Of a stretch of 48,250 nucleotides of DNA, positions 32,161 to 41,352 are shown piece after piece. The notes below the pieces were generated by a model. It was not told the origin of the DNA, did not search any database, and was given only the letters and a program-made list of their open reading frames with translations. A program made the position numbers and the translations under genes. The stretch comes from Christensenellaceae bacterium (GTDB taxonomy: Bacteria; Bacillota; Clostridia; Christensenellales; Borkfalkiaceae). The stretch is from assembly GCA_045659885.1 (NCBI GenBank), contig JAZRCS010000062.1, positions 1 through 48,250 of the forward strand, given 5' to 3'. The stretch's first letter is position 1. The number at the start of each line of letters is the position of its first letter.

Positions 32161-33303
32161 TTAATCTTCAAGGCGCATATCACCAAACTTGATTAAGCCT
32201 TTTTTGCGCATAAGTTCACTTACTAATAAAGTTACGCCTGCTGGTATTATAAATAAGCAAAGCGCTATACCTATAATCATTACGAAAGGTTCTATTACGC
32301 CCGACGACGCGTCGATTACACCAAACACGCCCACAAGACCACTCGTCCCCATACCACCACCAGACGCGTTGCATCTTAAATTAAGTAGTACGGCAACTAA
32401 ACCTGCTACTGCGCTTGATATAATTTCCGGGAGCATTATTATAGGCTTTTTCATAATGTTAGGAATTTGTAACATACTTGTTCCAACGCCTTGCGAGATA
32501 AGTCCACCAAAACCGTTTTCACGGTAACTTGCAACGGCAAAACCAATCATATGTGCTGCGCAACCTGCTACGGCAGCGCCACCTGCTATTGCAAAAACTT
32601 CGGGGTTAGCGTTTGCCGTATTTGACGTTGCGATTGCAAGCCAAATTGCAGCCGACGAAGTCGGCATAGTTAAAAGTATACCCATAACGACTGCTATAAC
32701 TATACCCGTAATAATTTTTATTGCCGAGCCAGCGTTAATTAAAATTACTAATAACTCTGCAAAAAGGTCGATTAACTTTATAAACGGCCAAGCAAAATAC
32801 ACGCCTGCTAAACATAAAACTATTGCTCCAAGTGGAATTAAAACTATATCTAATTTAGTTTTACCAGCATAAAGCGAACAAATTTCAACAGTCAATAAAG
32901 ATAAAACGTAAGCGCCGATAGGGTTACCTGGTTTACCCTTTTCAAATACGACTTTGAAAAAGTCGCCCGTTATCGCTCCACTTGTAATTTCTAAAGCAAA
33001 CGCGCCTATTAATCCAGCAACGGCAGAAGAAAATATAACGAGTGGCTTTGCATTTAATTTATATGCAATACCTACGCCTATTCCTGCACCCATTAATATT
33101 TTTGCAAAGGTTGCAAAGGTACTAAGCATATAACCTATTTGATTATTCGCACCTATCCACGATGCAATTTGCGCTATAATCGTACCTGCAATTAAAGTAC
33201 AAAACAAACCTTGCGCCATACCTGAAAAGGCAGTTATAAACCAACGATTTGATAGTTTTTTAACTATTTCTTTTACACTACACTTTACTTTCGTTTCAAC
33301 CAT
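32161..33303 (-). CDS. Polytopic membrane protein, PTS EIIC-2-like (tentative)
   Basis: 380 aa, about 10 TM, Gly/Ala-rich. The family call is from memory of PTS_EIIC_2-type proteins. No EIIA, EIIB or HPr gene is in the window. Confidence 0.4.
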   Translation of the reverse strand: MVETKVKCSVKEIVKKLSNRWFITAFSGMAQGLFCTLIAGTIIAQIASWIGANNQIGYMLSTFATFAKILMGAGIGVGIAYKLNAKPLVIFSSAVAGLIGAFALEITSGAITGDFFKVVFEKGKPGNPIGAYVLSLLTVEICSLYAGKTKLDIVLIPLGAIVLCLAGVYFAWPFIKLIDLFAELLVILINAGSAIKIITGIVIAVVMGILLTMPTSSAAIWLAIATSNTANANPEVFAIAGGAAVAGCAAHMIGFAVASYRENGFGGLISQGVGTSMLQIPNIMKKPIIMLPEIISSAVAGLVAVLLNLRCNASGGGMGTSGLVGVFGVIDASSGVIEPFVMIIGIALCLFIIPAGVTLLVSELMRKKGLIKFGDMRLED

Positions 33304-33304
33304 T

Positions 33305-34000
33305 TTAATATACCTCGATTAAACTATTTTTAGTTTGGTCGCACGAAGTTAAATAATATTCAACCCCGTTTTTGCTTATATTTGGATAAGTTTTTACGTC
33401 GTTCCCGTGCAAATGTCCGTAAACGACTTTATCTACTTTATATTCTTCAAATAATTTAGTGAATAAAGAATTTTCTAAACGCATATTGAAAGGTGGGTAA
33501 TGTATTAAACACACCAACTTGTCCCCTTCTTCAATAAGGTTTTTCGCGCTTTTTAAGGCTAATTTAAATCTTTCAACTTCCCTATGATAAATTTTTAAAT
33601 CTTGAGCCGTAAAATCGTTTGCGCCTTCAACAGTCCAACCCCTTGAGCCACAAAATACGTAATTGCCTATTTTTATACTGTCGTTTTGAAGGGCGTAAAC
33701 ACTATTTGGTAGACTGTTTCTAACCTTATTTATACCTTGCCACCAGTAGTCGTGATTACCTTTTATTAAGATTTTTTTACCTTTTAATTTTGCGATAAAC
33801 TCTAAATCGTTAATAGCGTCTTCTAATTTCATAGCCCAACTTATATCGCCTGAAATTAAAACCACGTCATCGTCGGTTACCTTTTCTTGCCAGTCTTTTT
33901 CAATTTTTTCTAAATAGCCGTCCCACTTTTCGCCGAAAATATCCATAGGCTTTTCGCCCGATAACGATAAGTGCAAATCGCTTATTGCATACACTTTCAT
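33305..34000 (-). CDS. Metallophosphoesterase (calcineurin-like)
   Basis: 231 aa. ISDLHL, GDISW, GNHDYWW and GHLH motif series. Confidence 0.82.
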   Translation of the reverse strand: MKVYAISDLHLSLSGEKPMDIFGEKWDGYLEKIEKDWQEKVTDDDVVLISGDISWAMKLEDAINDLEFIAKLKGKKILIKGNHDYWWQGINKVRNSLPNSVYALQNDSIKIGNYVFCGSRGWTVEGANDFTAQDLKIYHREVERFKLALKSAKNLIEEGDKLVCLIHYPPFNMRLENSLFTKLFEEYKVDKVVYGHLHGNDVKTYPNISKNGVEYYLTSCDQTKNSLIEVY

Positions 34001-34054
34001 ATTGCTATTTTACATAAATTTATTGTAAAAATCAAGCGTTTACTATATAAATAA

Positions 34055-34078
34055 AAGGCTAAACAACCGTTTAGCCTT
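34055..34078 (-). terminator. Intrinsic terminator after the Cys-rich ORF
   Basis: AAGGCTAAAC (34055-34064) / GTTTAGCCTT (34069-34078) with a 4-nt loop. TTTTATTT follows on minus. Confidence 0.72.
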
Positions 34079-34092
34079 AATTTTTTTAAAAA

Positions 34093-34734
34093 TTAACCGA
34101 GATTTTGTGGGAATAACGGCAATTCAAAAAATCCTGCGCAAATTTCTTGCGTGTATTCTTGACAAGTTGGAATTTGACAATAACCGTACGACGGAATTAA
34201 AAGTTCAACAGTCATTACTATTTTTAAAATTGAAGTCGTGCAAGCAGTAATAGTAAACGTGTTTTCACCCGTATAAGTTCCTTCGCTTGCAACTACCGAA
34301 ACAACAGCCTCAACTTCATACGGCATTATAGACGGCGACGGCGCAAATAAAATAATATCTTGCGAAAACGACATCGTGCTACTACCCTTACCTTGAACAC
34401 CGTTTGCGTCTTGATAAATAACTTCGATAGGAATTGAATAACTAACTTGCACCCTACTTAAATTAGGTCTATCGGCAAGTGGTTCAACGTTAAGTGAAGT
34501 TATCGTAGCAAGCGTTTGTGAACTTTTCGCACTAACAAAAGTTAGTGGGTATGTAGGATTTTGTGGTACTAAGTTTGTAAGCGTTAATACTACGTTTTGT
34601 TCTTGTGATTGTTTTAAACAAGCGTCGAATACTTTTTTTACTTGAATACAAACTTTTTCGCACAAACCGTTAAGTGGATTGCCCGAGATTTGACACGGAC
34701 ATCTATCTTGACTAAAATTTGAGAAAAATGACAT
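34093..34734 (-). CDS. Hypothetical Cys-rich protein (orphan)
   Basis: 213 aa. Strong AAGGAGG SD. Cys clusters at both ends (CPC...C...C...C; C...C...C) flank a beta-strand-like core. I recognise no family. Confidence 0.6.
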   Translation of the reverse strand: MSFFSNFSQDRCPCQISGNPLNGLCEKVCIQVKKVFDACLKQSQEQNVVLTLTNLVPQNPTYPLTFVSAKSSQTLATITSLNVEPLADRPNLSRVQVSYSIPIEVIYQDANGVQGKGSSTMSFSQDIILFAPSPSIMPYEVEAVVSVVASEGTYTGENTFTITACTTSILKIVMTVELLIPSYGYCQIPTCQEYTQEICAGFFELPLFPQNLG

Positions 34735-34796
34735 TTTTGCCTCCTTTGACTATTCATTTTAATATATGATAATAGCAAGGATTTTGATACTATTTT

Positions 34797-35633
34797 TTAA
34801 AAAATGCCTTTTTCTAATAATTTATGTGATAAATCTATAAACTGTTTTGAAGATAAATCTTCACCCCTAACTCCTAAATCTAAGTTAAGACTTTGTAAAA
34901 TTTCTTCACACGTTTCCCTTGAAATATTATACCCTTTAATAAGATTATTTACTAAAGTTTTTCTTCTCATAATAAAACTTAATTTTACAAGTTTTCTAAA
35001 AGCGTTTATATCTTTGATATAAAACTTGTTTTTATTTAAGACTATTTTACATACGGCAGAGTCAACGTTTGGCACTGGATAAAACATAGTTCTATCAATA
35101 TATTTTATAATTTCAGTATCGCAAATTGCATTTACGGTTGCAGTTATTGCGCCGTAATCACTTGAACCGTTTTTAGCACAAATTCTTTCGGCAACTTCTT
35201 TTTGTACCGTTACTATAACAGCGTCTACAAAATTACCTTCTTCAATAAATTTCATTAATATAGGAGTAGTGATATAGTACGGTAAATTTGCTATTACGGT
35301 ATAATTTTTACCTACCATTTGCTCTAAAGAAGAAGTTTTGACTTTCATTATATCTTCAAATATAATTTCGACGTTAGAATAATCTTTTAACGTTTCGTCT
35401 AAAACGGGTTTTAACTTTTTATCTACTTCAAAACCGTAAACTTTTTTAACTTTTTTTGCAATTTCGCTTGTTAAAGTACCTGCACCTACACCTATTTCAA
35501 CGACGGTAGAATTTTCGTCTACACCCGACATTTCTACGATAGATGCAAGCAAATTAGCGTCGGTTAAAAAGTTTTGCCCGTACTTTTTTTCAAAAGTAAA
35601 TTTCTTTTGTCTTAAAATTTCTTTTACGTTCAT
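34797..35633 (-). CDS. rsmA: 16S rRNA (adenine1518/1519-N6)-dimethyltransferase
   Basis: 278 aa. KKYGQNFL, EIGVGAGTLT, ANLPYYITTPI, VQKEVAERI and RRKTLVNNL closely resemble Bacillus KsgA. Confidence 0.93.
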   Translation of the reverse strand: MNVKEILRQKKFTFEKKYGQNFLTDANLLASIVEMSGVDENSTVVEIGVGAGTLTSEIAKKVKKVYGFEVDKKLKPVLDETLKDYSNVEIIFEDIMKVKTSSLEQMVGKNYTVIANLPYYITTPILMKFIEEGNFVDAVIVTVQKEVAERICAKNGSSDYGAITATVNAICDTEIIKYIDRTMFYPVPNVDSAVCKIVLNKNKFYIKDINAFRKLVKLSFIMRRKTLVNNLIKGYNISRETCEEILQSLNLDLGVRGEDLSSKQFIDLSHKLLEKGIF

Positions 35634-35728
35634 ATTTATCCTAATATTTTTTTAAATTTGCATATACTACTTTAGGTAACAGCGTGAAAAGTTTTTTCAT
35701 AGTCTTACCAAAGCTTACTAATGATAAA

Positions 35729-35745
35729 GCCGACTTTAAGTCGGC
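35729..35745 (-). terminator. Hairpin after tatD (possible weak terminator)
   Basis: GCCGACT (35729-35735) / AGTCGGC (35739-35745). The tail on minus is TTTATCAT, a poor T-run. Confidence 0.45.
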
Positions 35746-35755
35746 CTTACATATT

Positions 35756-36532
35756 TTAATTAAATTTTGTAAATAGCCTTTTAAAATTTTGTTCAACGCT
35801 TTTTGCAAGAGTTTCAACGTCGATATTTTTTACCTTGGCTAATTGCTCGTACACGTATTTAACGTTTTTAGGTTCGTTTACCCTACCCCTATACGGTTCT
35901 GGAGTTAAATACGGACAGTCGGTTTCGCACATTATTTTGTCAAGTGGCACGTACTCTATTACGTCGTGTTTTTTATAGTTTTTAAAAGTTGACGCTCCAC
36001 CAAAAGCAAAATAACCACCTAAATCTAATAAAATTTTAGTAATTTCTTTACTTTCTGCATAGCAGTGCATTAAAAACTTTCCACTAATTTCTTTTGAATA
36101 ACCTTTTAAAATATCTACCGTGTCTTTAGTTGCGCACCTTGTATGAACGATTATAGGTAAACCCTTTTCAATCGCATACTCAATTTGCATAGTGAAGGCA
36201 TTAATTTGCACGTCTTTATCAAAAGGCTTATGGTAATAATCTAAACCTATTTCGCCAACTGCTAAACATTTTTTATCGTTTGAAAATTCGTCGATATATT
36301 TTATAAAACTTTTATCAACTTCCTTAGCATCCATAGGATGACAGCCTATTGAAAAATACACTTCTTCAAACTGCTTTGCCCTTTCATAAACCTGCTTAGT
36401 AGTTAACTTCGAGCAAGCGACGTTAATTACAGCCTTTACCCCGTTATTTAGATAATTTTGCCTAATTTCGTTTATTTTATCAAGGTAAATAGGGTCTTCT
36501 AAATGAGTGTGAGTGTCAATAAAGTTTAACAT
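35756..36532 (-). CDS. TatD-family metal-dependent hydrolase
   Basis: 258 aa. IDTHTHL, GEIGLDY, HTR and ETDCPYL motifs. ATGTTAA overlap with the metG stop. Confidence 0.9.
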   Translation of the reverse strand: MLNFIDTHTHLEDPIYLDKINEIRQNYLNNGVKAVINVACSKLTTKQVYERAKQFEEVYFSIGCHPMDAKEVDKSFIKYIDEFSNDKKCLAVGEIGLDYYHKPFDKDVQINAFTMQIEYAIEKGLPIIVHTRCATKDTVDILKGYSKEISGKFLMHCYAESKEITKILLDLGGYFAFGGASTFKNYKKHDVIEYVPLDKIMCETDCPYLTPEPYRGRVNEPKNVKYVYEQLAKVKNIDVETLAKSVEQNFKRLFTKFN

Positions 36533-38499
36533 ACCGTCGAGCCTTCAGGCATATCCATTTCTGGTGAAATTAAAACTATTTTACCGTCTTTTTCGGCGCA
36601 AAGCACCATACCTTGACTAACTATACCACAAAGTTTTGCAGGTTTTAAGTTTGCAACTAAAATTACTTTTTTGCCTATTAATTCTTCAGGCTTATAGTAA
36701 TTTGCAATACCCGATGCAACAGTTCTTTCTTCGTCGCCGAGCGAAAGAGTTAATTTTAAAAGTTTATTAGACTTTTCAACCTTTTCGCAAGCAATAACTT
36801 TTGCTACTTTAAGTTGAGTTTTGAAAAATTCGTCAATAGAAATTTCTTCTTTCTTTTCCTCAACTTTTTCTTCTACTTTTTGGTCTTTTTTAACTTCTTT
36901 TTGACTTTCTTTTTGTCTTTTTACCATCATTTTTTCAATCTCGTCAAGTTCTTTTTTAATATCAATTCTTGGGAAGATAGGTTGTGATTTTTCAACCTTT
37001 TCGCCACCCTTTAATACGCCGAAAACAACGTTATCAAAACTTGTTTGAGTTTCAATACCGAAAAGTGATAAAATTCTGTCCGTCGACTTTGTTAAGAAAG
37101 GTTTTAAAATTATTGCCGAAATTCTTATACACTCACAAAGTACGTACATTACCGTTGCAAGTCTATCTTTACAATTTTCGTCTTTTGCTAATTTCCAAGG
37201 CTCGTTTTCGTCGATATATTTGTTTGCCCTTTGAATAAGTTTGAAAATTTCACCAAGCGCACTTGGAACGTCGATTAAATCAATATAATTTTTAACCTTT
37301 TCAAAAAGTCCGTTACAGATAGATATAACTTCTTTATCTAAGTCGTTAAACTCGTTTGGACAAGGTAAAATTCCACCAAAGTATTGATTTACCATCGCAG
37401 TCGTTCTTGATACTAAATTACCTAAGTCGTTAGATAAATCAACGTTAATTCTTTTTAACAAACTTTCGTTAGTGTAAATGCCGTCGTTACCAAAAGGAAT
37501 TTCCCTTAATAAGAAATATCTTAAAGCGTCCGAGCCGTAGCGTTCAACTAATTCTTTAGGGTCGGTAATTTCCGTTTTAATATTTTCGCCCTTACTTTTT
37601 GAAAGTTTATCACCACCGATTAAAAGCCAACCGTGACCGTAAACTTGTTTAGGAAGTGGTAAGTCAAGAGCCATTAACATAGCAGGCCAAATTATAGTGT
37701 GAAATCTTACTATTTCTTTACCAACCATATGCAAAGATGCTGGCCAGTACTTGTCGTAAAGCGTCGTATCGTCGCTACCATATCCAAGCGCAGTGATATA
37801 ATTAGATAAAGCGTCTACCCAAACGTAAACGGTGTGTCCTTCGTCAAAAGTTACTGGAACGCCCCACTTTATAGTCGTTCTTGAAACGCAAAGGTCTTGA
37901 AGTCCTGGCTTAATAAAGTTGTTTACCATTTCGTTTACCCTTGATTTTGGTTGTAAAAATTCGGGATTGTCTTGGTATAATTTTATTATTCTATCGGCGT
38001 ATTTTGAAAGTCTAAAAAAGTAACTTTCTTCTTTACCTTTTTGAACGGGTCTACCACAGTCTGGGCATTTGCCGTCTACAAGTTGAGATTCCGTCCAAAA
38101 AGATTCACAAGGAGTACAATACCAACCTTCGTATTGAGATTTATATATTTCACCCCTATCGTAAAGTTCTTTAAAAATACGTTGAATACCCTTTACGTGT
38201 TGTTCGTCGGTAGTTCTTATAAATTTATCGTAAGAAATATCAAGTTTTGACCAAATATCTTTAATATCGTCAACTAACGGATTTATAAATTCTATGGGCG
38301 TTAAGCCTTTTTCTTGCGCCTTTTTTTCAATTTTTTGACCGTGCTCGTCCGTACCTGTTAAAAAGAATACGTCCTTTTTAAGCATACGGTTAAACCTTGC
38401 AAGCGCATCGCAAATTACCGTAGTATAACAATGACCGATATGCCAGTTGCCACTTGGATAATATATAGGTGTGGTTATGTAAAATTTATTGTCGTCCAT
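36526..38499 (-). CDS. metG: Methionine--tRNA ligase with C-terminal tRNA-binding (Trbp111/EMAP-like) domain
   Basis: 657 aa. GNWHIGH (HIGH-type), Zn knuckles CTPC...CPDC, KLSKSKG (KMSKS-type), Lys/Glu linker, then an OB-fold tail. AGGAGAG SD. Confidence 0.96.
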   Translation of the reverse strand: MDDNKFYITTPIYYPSGNWHIGHCYTTVICDALARFNRMLKKDVFFLTGTDEHGQKIEKKAQEKGLTPIEFINPLVDDIKDIWSKLDISYDKFIRTTDEQHVKGIQRIFKELYDRGEIYKSQYEGWYCTPCESFWTESQLVDGKCPDCGRPVQKGKEESYFFRLSKYADRIIKLYQDNPEFLQPKSRVNEMVNNFIKPGLQDLCVSRTTIKWGVPVTFDEGHTVYVWVDALSNYITALGYGSDDTTLYDKYWPASLHMVGKEIVRFHTIIWPAMLMALDLPLPKQVYGHGWLLIGGDKLSKSKGENIKTEITDPKELVERYGSDALRYFLLREIPFGNDGIYTNESLLKRINVDLSNDLGNLVSRTTAMVNQYFGGILPCPNEFNDLDKEVISICNGLFEKVKNYIDLIDVPSALGEIFKLIQRANKYIDENEPWKLAKDENCKDRLATVMYVLCECIRISAIILKPFLTKSTDRILSLFGIETQTSFDNVVFGVLKGGEKVEKSQPIFPRIDIKKELDEIEKMMVKRQKESQKEVKKDQKVEEKVEEKKEEISIDEFFKTQLKVAKVIACEKVEKSNKLLKLTLSLGDEERTVASGIANYYKPEELIGKKVILVANLKPAKLCGIVSQGMVLCAEKDGKIVLISPEMDMPEGSTVC

Positions 38500-38608
38500 A
38501 AAACTCTCCTACGAAAAAAAACTATATTAATGTTATTATATAACATTTAGTTTATTTTGTAAACTTAAAATTGCGAATAAAACTATTGCTTTTTTCATAA
38601 CTTGTACT

Positions 38609-39148
38609 ATGAACGCAATTTTTTCAATAATTTTAATACTATCTTTACTAATTTTAATTGTTTTTAACCCAAATATTTTATTTACGTGCTTTACGACGGC
38701 TACGAATAACGCCCTATCGCTAACGGTAAAATTATTATCAATTTATTTAATTTGGCTTGGCTTTAGCGAAATTTTTACTAAAAGTAAAGCCTCGAAAAAA
38801 ATATCAAAACTATTTTCGCCCGTTATTAAAAAATTATTTAAAGTGAACGACGAAAAAACTATAAACGAACTATCTTTAAATTTAACGGCGTCGTTACTTG
38901 GAATTTCAGGTCTTACTACCCCGACTGCTATAAATTCAATGGAGTATTTAGACAAACAAAATAACGAACACGCTAAAACTTTACTTTTCGTAATTTCGGC
39001 AACGTCGATACAAATTTTACCACTTTCAGTTATGCAATTACTTAGTGAAAACGGTTCGACTAATCCGTCAATTGTTTTTATTCCTACCCTTTTTACAACT
39101 TTAGTTTCAACTATAATAGGCGTAATTTTAGTAAAGGTGTTTAAATGA
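38609..39148 (+). CDS. spmA: Spore maturation protein A-like (nucleoside-recognition/Gate domain membrane protein)
   Basis: 179 aa, multi-TM. Paired by an ATGA overlap with a second half-size homologue, as for spmA-spmB. No obvious SD. Confidence 0.68.
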   Translation: MNAIFSIILILSLLILIVFNPNILFTCFTTATNNALSLTVKLLSIYLIWLGFSEIFTKSKASKKISKLFSPVIKKLFKVNDEKTINELSLNLTASLLGISGLTTPTAINSMEYLDKQNNEHAKTLLFVISATSIQILPLSVMQLLSENGSTNPSIVFIPTLFTTLVSTIIGVILVKVFK

Positions 39149-39660
39149 AAATTGTTGATTATATAGTGCCCGTTTTACTTTTAGTTTTACTTTTATACGC
39201 TCTAATTAAAAAGACCGACGTTTACTCGGCATTTTTAAAAGGTGGTAAAAAGGCTATAAGTTTAATAGTTTCGATTTTCCCTTGCATAGTTGCTATTTTT
39301 TTAATGCTTGAACTTTTTTCAGTAAGTGGACTTGAAAATATTTTTATAAATACTTTATCACCACTTTTTAAAATATTTGGAGTTCCTAAAGAAGTAATAA
39401 AATTAGTGCTTTTAAAACCTTTTTCGGGTAGTGGTAGTTTAACAGAACTAAATAATATTTTTGTAAAATACGGAGTTGATAGTCAAATTTCACTAATCGC
39501 GTCGGCAATTTACGGTTCAAGCGAAACGATTTTTTATATATCGGCAATTTACTTTGTAAATTGTAAAAATAAAAAAGCGACGAAAGGAATAATAATCTCA
39601 ATCGTCGCTTGTTTGATTTCAACCGTGCTTGGTACGGCGTTTTGTAAAATTTTTTATTGA
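39145..39660 (+). CDS. spmB: Spore maturation protein B-like
   Basis: 171 aa, multi-TM. LKPFSGSGS motif. Overlaps the spmA stop. Confidence 0.68.
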   Translation: MKIVDYIVPVLLLVLLLYALIKKTDVYSAFLKGGKKAISLIVSIFPCIVAIFLMLELFSVSGLENIFINTLSPLFKIFGVPKEVIKLVLLKPFSGSGSLTELNNIFVKYGVDSQISLIASAIYGSSETIFYISAIYFVNCKNKKATKGIIISIVACLISTVLGTAFCKIFY

Positions 39661-41322
39661 TTAGTCTACGTCAAGGTGTTCTAAAACAGACTTTTTCTCG
39701 GTAACTTTATTATCGCCGTGTTTTACGAATAACATTGTTATAAACGAACCTATTACGAATATCGTTGCATAAGGGAATAAAACCGTCATAGTTCCCGATA
39801 AATCCATTATTGCGCCCGAAAGTACCGGAGTAATAATTTGCGCCGACATACTTGCCGTATAATATAAACCGGTATATTTACCCGTGTTAGAGCCTTTTGC
39901 AAGTTCTACTACCATAGGGAAAGAGTTTACGTTAATAGTTGCCCAACCTATACCTGCTAACGCAAAGAAAATAGTTATTATTATTTCTGGAGATTGACTT
40001 GTTACAAACGTTGCCGAGAAAAAGGCAACGGCAAGCATTATTACACCTGCTAAAATCGACTTTTTTCTACCTATTTTACTTGAAATTATACCAACTGGAA
40101 CGTACGCCACTATTGCCGCTGCTTGCGCAATTAAAAGCGTAGTATTATAGTCTTTATGTAAAACGTTTGACGCATATAACGAATATTTCGTAGTTATAGC
40201 GTTATATCCCATAAACCAAAGGGCAACCGATACGAGTATTAAAATTAAAGATATCGTTTTTGATTTTGAAAGTTTTTCGCCCGTTTCTTCTACTTTTTCT
40301 TTTATAAGTCCTTGCTCGGTTAGTAACGCCGTTTCGTCTTGCATTTCTTTAGCCCATTTAACTTCCCTAACCTTTAATAAGAAAATTATAAGACCAACTG
40401 CCATTATAGCGCAAACGGCAAGTACGAAAAAGGTGTACGACATAGTTTGATTGTAAACCTTACCCGTTCCAAATATCATACCTAAAACTAACACTAATAT
40501 ACCACCTGCAGTGCCCATCAAGTTGATAATGGCGTTTGCTTTTGAGCGAAGTGGTTTTATAGTTACGTCTGGCATCAACGCTACGGCTGGCGACCTAAAG
40601 GTTGCCATTGAAAGTAACGTTATTAATAAAACTGCAACGAATAAAATAATCGGTAACGGATTGTTGACGGTTACAGTCCACGCGTACGCACTTTTACAAG
40701 GAGTAATTATATTGCTATAAATATTTTTACCGTTTTCGGCGTTTTCGTCTACTAAAGTATATTCGCCGTCGATATACGTGTAAGTTTTATCGTAATCGCC
40801 TGCTAACGATATAAAAGAATTTTCAACTTCTTGCTTTTCGCTTTCACTTAAAGACGCGTACGGTTTGTTTTTTGTAAGGCGAGAAACGTAATCTTTTAAA
40901 GAGTATTCTTTTTCTTGCCCTTCAGTATACTCTTTATTAGAAATTTTTATATCGTCGCCTTGTTCCCATACCATTTCGAAAAATTGACTTTCGTTAGCGT
41001 TAGAATATACGTTGTTAAGTTGCATATTATCGCAAAAAGTAAGTCCCATAAAAGCAATAATTGCCATTATAGTTCCTATAACAACGTAAGGCGTTCTTTT
41101 GCCGTATTTTGATTTAGTTTTATCACTTATCGCACCGAAAACGGGCAACAATACGAGCGCTAATACGTTATCAAGCGCCATTATTACGCCCGATAACGTT
41201 TGGTTAAGACCGAATTTATTTACGAGCATCATAGGTACGATACTATCGTACGCTTGCCAAAACGCCGTAATCAAGAAAAATGCAAAACCTACAAAAATTA
41301 CTTTTTTATAATTTAATTTCAT
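39661..41322 (-). CDS. MFS transporter (GPH/SLC45-like) with a large hydrophilic insertion
   Basis: 553 aa. MFS signature around GAISDKTKSKYGKRTPY (loop 2-3). About 12 TM plus a ~125-aa insertion between TM3 and TM4. Confidence 0.8.
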   Translation of the reverse strand: MKLNYKKVIFVGFAFFLITAFWQAYDSIVPMMLVNKFGLNQTLSGVIMALDNVLALVLLPVFGAISDKTKSKYGKRTPYVVIGTIMAIIAFMGLTFCDNMQLNNVYSNANESQFFEMVWEQGDDIKISNKEYTEGQEKEYSLKDYVSRLTKNKPYASLSESEKQEVENSFISLAGDYDKTYTYIDGEYTLVDENAENGKNIYSNIITPCKSAYAWTVTVNNPLPIILFVAVLLITLLSMATFRSPAVALMPDVTIKPLRSKANAIINLMGTAGGILVLVLGMIFGTGKVYNQTMSYTFFVLAVCAIMAVGLIIFLLKVREVKWAKEMQDETALLTEQGLIKEKVEETGEKLSKSKTISLILILVSVALWFMGYNAITTKYSLYASNVLHKDYNTTLLIAQAAAIVAYVPVGIISSKIGRKKSILAGVIMLAVAFFSATFVTSQSPEIIITIFFALAGIGWATINVNSFPMVVELAKGSNTGKYTGLYYTASMSAQIITPVLSGAIMDLSGTMTVLFPYATIFVIGSFITMLFVKHGDNKVTEKKSVLEHLDVD

Positions 41323-41352
41323 ATTTTACCTTTGGTTGACTAAATTTTAATT

